Below are positions 59,009 to 64,000 of a stretch of 64,000 nucleotides of DNA, piece after piece (position 1 is the stretch's first letter; the number at the start of each line of letters is the position of its first letter). Location: positions 16,492,001 through 16,556,000 of the forward strand of contig OZ249437.1 in assembly GCA_965235115.1 (NCBI GenBank), read 5' to 3'. The notes under the pieces are model-generated. The model saw nothing but the letters and a program-made list of their open reading frames with translations, was not told the DNA's origin and searched no databases. The position numbers were made by a program, and so were the translations under genes. The DNA comes from Laetmonice hystrix (taxonomy: Eukaryota).

Positions 59009-62000
59009 TAAGACAATACACAGTTCCTGGGTGCTGAGTTATATACACGATATATTATTCAGTTGGTCTCTGAGACCAGCAGTGGAGAAATATGAGAAAG
59101 ATCTGACGCTGAATGTTTGTAAGGCTCTGGGGGCCAGTACAGATTTGACAGAACGGTTCAGTGGACATTCCAGGTCCAAGAGTTTAGGGTTGAGATGAGA
59201 GGGACGCCGCTGTTGACAGTAGGGGTGGGAGGGCGGGTGAACGTTGTCATGGTGTGAAGTCAAGTATTGTTGTAAGAAGAGTTTGTTGTTTTCTCAGGGT
59301 GATAAAGTGTCCATGTGCTGTCCAGGGTATAATGCCGTTTGGTACCTTACTGTCCTTGCCGGACTATTTCAGCACATGTGTTTACCTTGATTTGGCGCGA
59401 GATATCTTTGGCAATTCTGTGAGAATGTCGCACATTATCGATTATGGTGAAAGACCAAGAAAGAGAGAAAAGGTTGTCCAACTACAGATAATGTTGTAGC
59501 AACAGTACAGGCAGGCTTTTTGTGAGGGTATGTCATCCTTATGTCATGTATGCTGTCGCGTAATATATATGGTTGGTTAATGGAACAGTTACATACTTGT
59601 GAGTGTCTGATCAAATCCCTTCATGCATTCTCTACGTGGATATTTTGTATCATTTGATGTGAAAAAACAGTTGGACATGACAGAAATACGTTTTACATGG
59701 TTGCTACATTTGCTGACGGTTTATTCAAGAATAGCGATGCCAGCTTGGAAACTGGCCACACTGCTAAATGACTGGGTGCTTCTTCTCAGCTGCTGGCATG
59801 TCGTCTCGATATGCATACATGTTCAAAAGAAGAGGAATTGATTACTCTAATAGGTACTGAATTTAATATGGGAACTTCTAAAACGTGGGGAAAAAATGAA
59901 ATATTAAATTATGAACAATTTTGCATACAACATTCTTGTATTTCTACAAAGGTGGAACATAAAGACCGTGGAAAACATTGGTTTCATCATAATAGCAGTT
60001 GAATGTAAAGGGACAGAATGTTCTTGAGACTACAGTGGCAATAGAATTTTGGTGAAAATTGTACAAAAGGGAAGCAAGTATAGTAGAAAGTATAAAATAC
60101 TGCCAAACAAAGGTAATGCTAGCTTAGTATCCATTGTAAATGTAATTAAGGAGTCTGACACCTGGACCTTCGCAGAAAACTGAGAAAGTGTTTTTGCTAG
60201 TTTGTTTGTCTGGCTTATGGGAGTGGAAATTGAAAACTTGGAAGTACGCCTACATTGGGGTTGGCAAAACGTGTTTTAATGTACGTCCGTTTTTATGAAC
60301 CCAAATGGTGGTATTGGAGAAATGGGCTCAGAGCCGTGTGCAATATAATAGAACTTGTTCAATTTGTGAAGGTGATTGCAGTGAGCAATTGACCATGTGG
60401 ACTGGTGGGGTTAGTAAGGTGTAGGGTGAGGTTTCCGGTTGGGGGTTGTTCGGGGAAGGCAGGGGGTAGTTTCACTATACACGTATACAGTGCGAAATGT
60501 ATATGTCGCTTTTGTTGTACATAACTGAAAGCATTCAGGGAATCTACCAGGCCACATTGCACCTCATTTTCTCACCTTGCCACCAGGCGGCGCTGGTGTA
60601 GCCGACCAGCGGCGTGGCAGTTGACCAGTGATTACTACATGTAATAGCCTAGATTGGGCCTTTTTGGGGGGAGGGGGGTCTTAGTGAAATTTAAGTTTAG
60701 AGTACGGGGCTGCAGTAGACGAGCTTGTACCATGTACAGACTCAGCGATATGAGGGGCCACATGATGAACCGTAATTTATATTTTTTACCATGCCGTCTC
60801 GACTGCCATGGTTACCAGTATTTACGTAGTGTACGAAAACATGGAAAGGGTACTTCTTGAACCAAACGGCACACAACATCTCCGCTAACCAGAGATGCCT
60901 TCAGACAAGTTCCAAGAGTTCTTGTTAATCTCTTGCTCAAGAGTATCATTTTATCCTACCTTAATATCAAGAGAGAGATACCTAGCTAGTTTAGACAACT
61001 CGACTTTATCGCTTGCCTACAGCTCCTGCCCTCTCTCTCTTGATTGCGTCTATTTTTGTGTGTTTGTTCTCATTTCCTGGCTATCAAACTCTGTGTATTC
61101 ATCATTCAAGACTTGGAAGTGCAGGCTAGGGTGATGGGCCGTCCATACGGTGCGTAGAATTTACCATTAGGTGCTCGTGTGTAAGATTCAAAATTGATCT
61201 GAAGAAGGGTGAAAAGTGGCTTTCGGGTCATTTAAATCTTAAATTTGGGCAAATTGGAATATTCATGTTCGCTGCTTTCAGATTCGAGACGTGATCTTGG
61301 TGGCACTATGATATCCACCCAACAGTGGCAATCTTATTTCTGGGTGGCAATTTATAACAAAAAATACCTAAACAGTTTACATGATGCTGCTAAAAAGTCT
61401 GCTTTTGCTTGCCTCGACCTCGAATATCCTTAGCTTGGGATTGGTAAGAAGGTGTTGAGGAAAATTACGGGCGCTCCCCTCGCAATAAAAACTGGTGATG
61501 GAGCTAGTTTATAATCTGTGGAAAACCTCCTGTAGGTCTTCCAAAACATCCTCTATCTCCATGGCAACTCTAGATTGCAGTCAGAAATGTTTTTGATGCT
61601 CGTAAATTTCGAGAGATGTCATATATATCTTGTAAGTGTTTATTGAACAAAAACTAATATTGTGAAACAGAAGTTGGCTTATGAATGAAGCCATAGTGTT
61701 GAAAATGGCTGGAAAACTACGTTTTGGTAGTAGTATCTGAAAGAAGGGTAACTGTGAGCGTATGCATGTGTGTACCACACAATGTATGTTTTTCCATAGT
61801 CGCACCCTTATGTGTAGGAACACGGGAGAGTGTTTCGCCTGTGGATCAGGTTTATATAGATAAATATATTATATTATATGTGTATGTTGTGAAGTAGGTT
61901 GGTAGGAATCTTTGGAGTCAACTTATGTCCACACGGTTATATGTAATGATCGTGGATGCAGCAAGTTTAAGCACTCAACGAGTGGTATTGTGTAAACAAC

Positions 62001-63174
62001 TCCAATGGTAGTTAGATGGAATTGTCATTGGGCGTAAATGTGTATTTCTACTTCGTTTTATTTATTTATTACTTCGTTTTTTTTTTTGAATGGTGTGGAA
62101 AACCATGATCACACGACCAACTGGGGAGAAAAGATGTTCAGTGTACGTGTTTTGTTGTGTTTGAAAAGAGAAAGATTCCAATATTTGGAACTGAACTCGA
62201 GTGATATTTTAGGTGGAGCGGGTTTTGTGAACCCACAGGACGAAAATGTAGGGGACTGATTGCAGATGGACATCAATTCTGCATTCGCCCACCGATGTAA
62301 GACAAACCAAGCCGTGTAGTTTGTATTTGAATTTTTAATTATTTTCATGTAGATTTAACGGCTTTTTGATATGTCGGTGTGGCAGAGTTCTGGGAGGGAT
62401 ATCTCACTACTCTGAGGGAATAGTCACGACCACAAAAATATTAACCAGAAAAAGCATAGGGGCCACGTATATGATATTACTATAGATCAATGTATGAATA
62501 ATCAGGAACTACTAAATGAAATAGTCTAACCATAGCCACCTAGTTCTGTGTACTACCCAATCACCATCCCGGTTGTGTGGATCCTACATTGCCTAGATGT
62601 ACGAGTAGGTTTCGTTTTAGCAGATATAGAGTGTACAATAAGGCATGGACAGCTGTTGTTGAATCACTTGATTTAAACTGGAAAATGTAAGCTGAACTAT
62701 GTATGCTTAATAAGGCGAACGAACACCCTGGTCAACTTTCGTGTCAAACCAAGATTTTCCTCTTGGTGACAGTAGAATTGTGAACTACAAGCTCAAAATT
62801 ATCATTTTGTTAGGGTTTTCTTGGTAGATGAAGCTGTTATTTGTCACATTTAAGGAAAAGGTCGGTTATCGTAGAGATAAATGGGAAAATACTAGTGGCT
62901 GTACTTAGTGTAACCTTTCCATCGTTTGTATTAATCGTCATTTAAAGCAAGAAAGAAATGCAGGTTGCAGCAATATCACACAGAACGAAATGAAAGTTAA
63001 GATTTACCTAAACTGTGTACAGTCACTGAATTTGAATTGTGGCTGTTGTAATAATACCCTGTCATTGATATAATTTTTGTTAAGATTTGACCCCAGGCAG
63101 AATAAGCTAGGAAATCGCTTTGTTCAAGTGTCCTCGTAAAGGCCAAGGTGTAAACGTTTTGAACTCTGTAACAG

Positions 63175-63268
63175 TGGAAATTTACCATCTGTTTCAAGGT
63201 GATTTGTGGAAACCATCTGTTTCAAGGTGATTTGTGGAAATTTACCATCTGTTTCAAGGTGATTTGTG
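63175..63268. repeat. Short tandem repeat, three ~28-32-bp copies
   Basis: CCATCTGTTTCAAGGTGATTTGTG repeated three times. Confidence 0.8.
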
Positions 63269-64000
63269 TACAGAAGAGCTGTATGTGGGGGTTATGGTTT
63301 GGTAATATTCAACGACCACGGTTGATGGTAAAAATGCTAGTAAGTCACCTTCGACGTGGACTAGTAGATGGTATGGACGACAGAACCTGTGGAAGTGGGG
63401 GGGGGGGGGGGGTGAATTTCCAATCTTTCAATGCCCTGGCCAGTTTCATCCTAACTGTGGACAGTTGGAGCTTGATCTTGGCCTTTTTAATATTTCCAGA
63501 TCAGACGCCCATGAATATGATGGCTTTCTAAGAACATGTGATGATAGTACGGTAGACGTAGGAGGGACTTGAAGTCCTATTCAGAGCGATGCCCAATGTT
63601 TTCTCTCTACCTTTTTCACCTTTTTACTTCATGTCACCGGATGCATCCTATCCATTTTTTCTCTCTCTATTTACCCCCTCAAAACTCCCACTAGGCTTCA
63701 TGTTGACCGATACATTTTTTACCTAAGTCAGAAGCAAGGTAGATGTGAGGGAATAGAGGATGAAGCCAAGGTCCAGGAGTTAACGGCAGCCTTTAATGTC
63801 ATCAGGTTTACAATGGGTTTGTGAGATCGACAACATGTAGTGACTTATTGACGTCTTTTAGACCTTGCTCCATGTTTCTTCAGCACAGCACTACCAATTT
63901 ACCACACGCTGATGCCGCTTAAACTTTCATGATATGCATTAATTGCGCAACCTTTAGTAGAGCCTAATATAACTAAGATTTCGAGCAGTTTGCTAAAATT

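Overview
This is eukaryotic (animal-like, probably invertebrate; inferred) genomic DNA with spliceosomal introns, two N-gaps (33538-33796, 49632-49832) and no bacterial or CRISPR features. I reconstructed three protein-coding genes by hand from splice sites and reading phase. (1) A 33-exon, ~1960-aa minus-strand gene (18604 to 824) encodes a signal-peptide protein built from three tandem [class I SAM-methyltransferase-like + atypical kinase-like] modules. This architecture resembles the bacterial O-antigen capping enzyme WbdD, and I cannot assign it to a named animal gene; it is the most interesting item. (2) Signal peptide peptidase HM13/SPP (+, 10 exons, 18846-22546) lies head-to-head with gene 1, with only 241 bp between the two ATGs. 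(3) Inositol hexakisphosphate kinase IP6K (+, 5 coding exons, 43026-59008) contains a U12-type minor intron. The rest is intronic or intergenic DNA rich in non-autonomous DNA transposons (Harbinger-, hAT5-, piggyBac-, Kolobok- and EnSpm-like, with visible TIRs and TSDs), one LINE 3' fragment and several minisatellites. A 2.1-kb fold-back element carries mirror-image CTCF-like and NRF1-like motif clusters. Family assignments are motif recognition by eye, not database searches.
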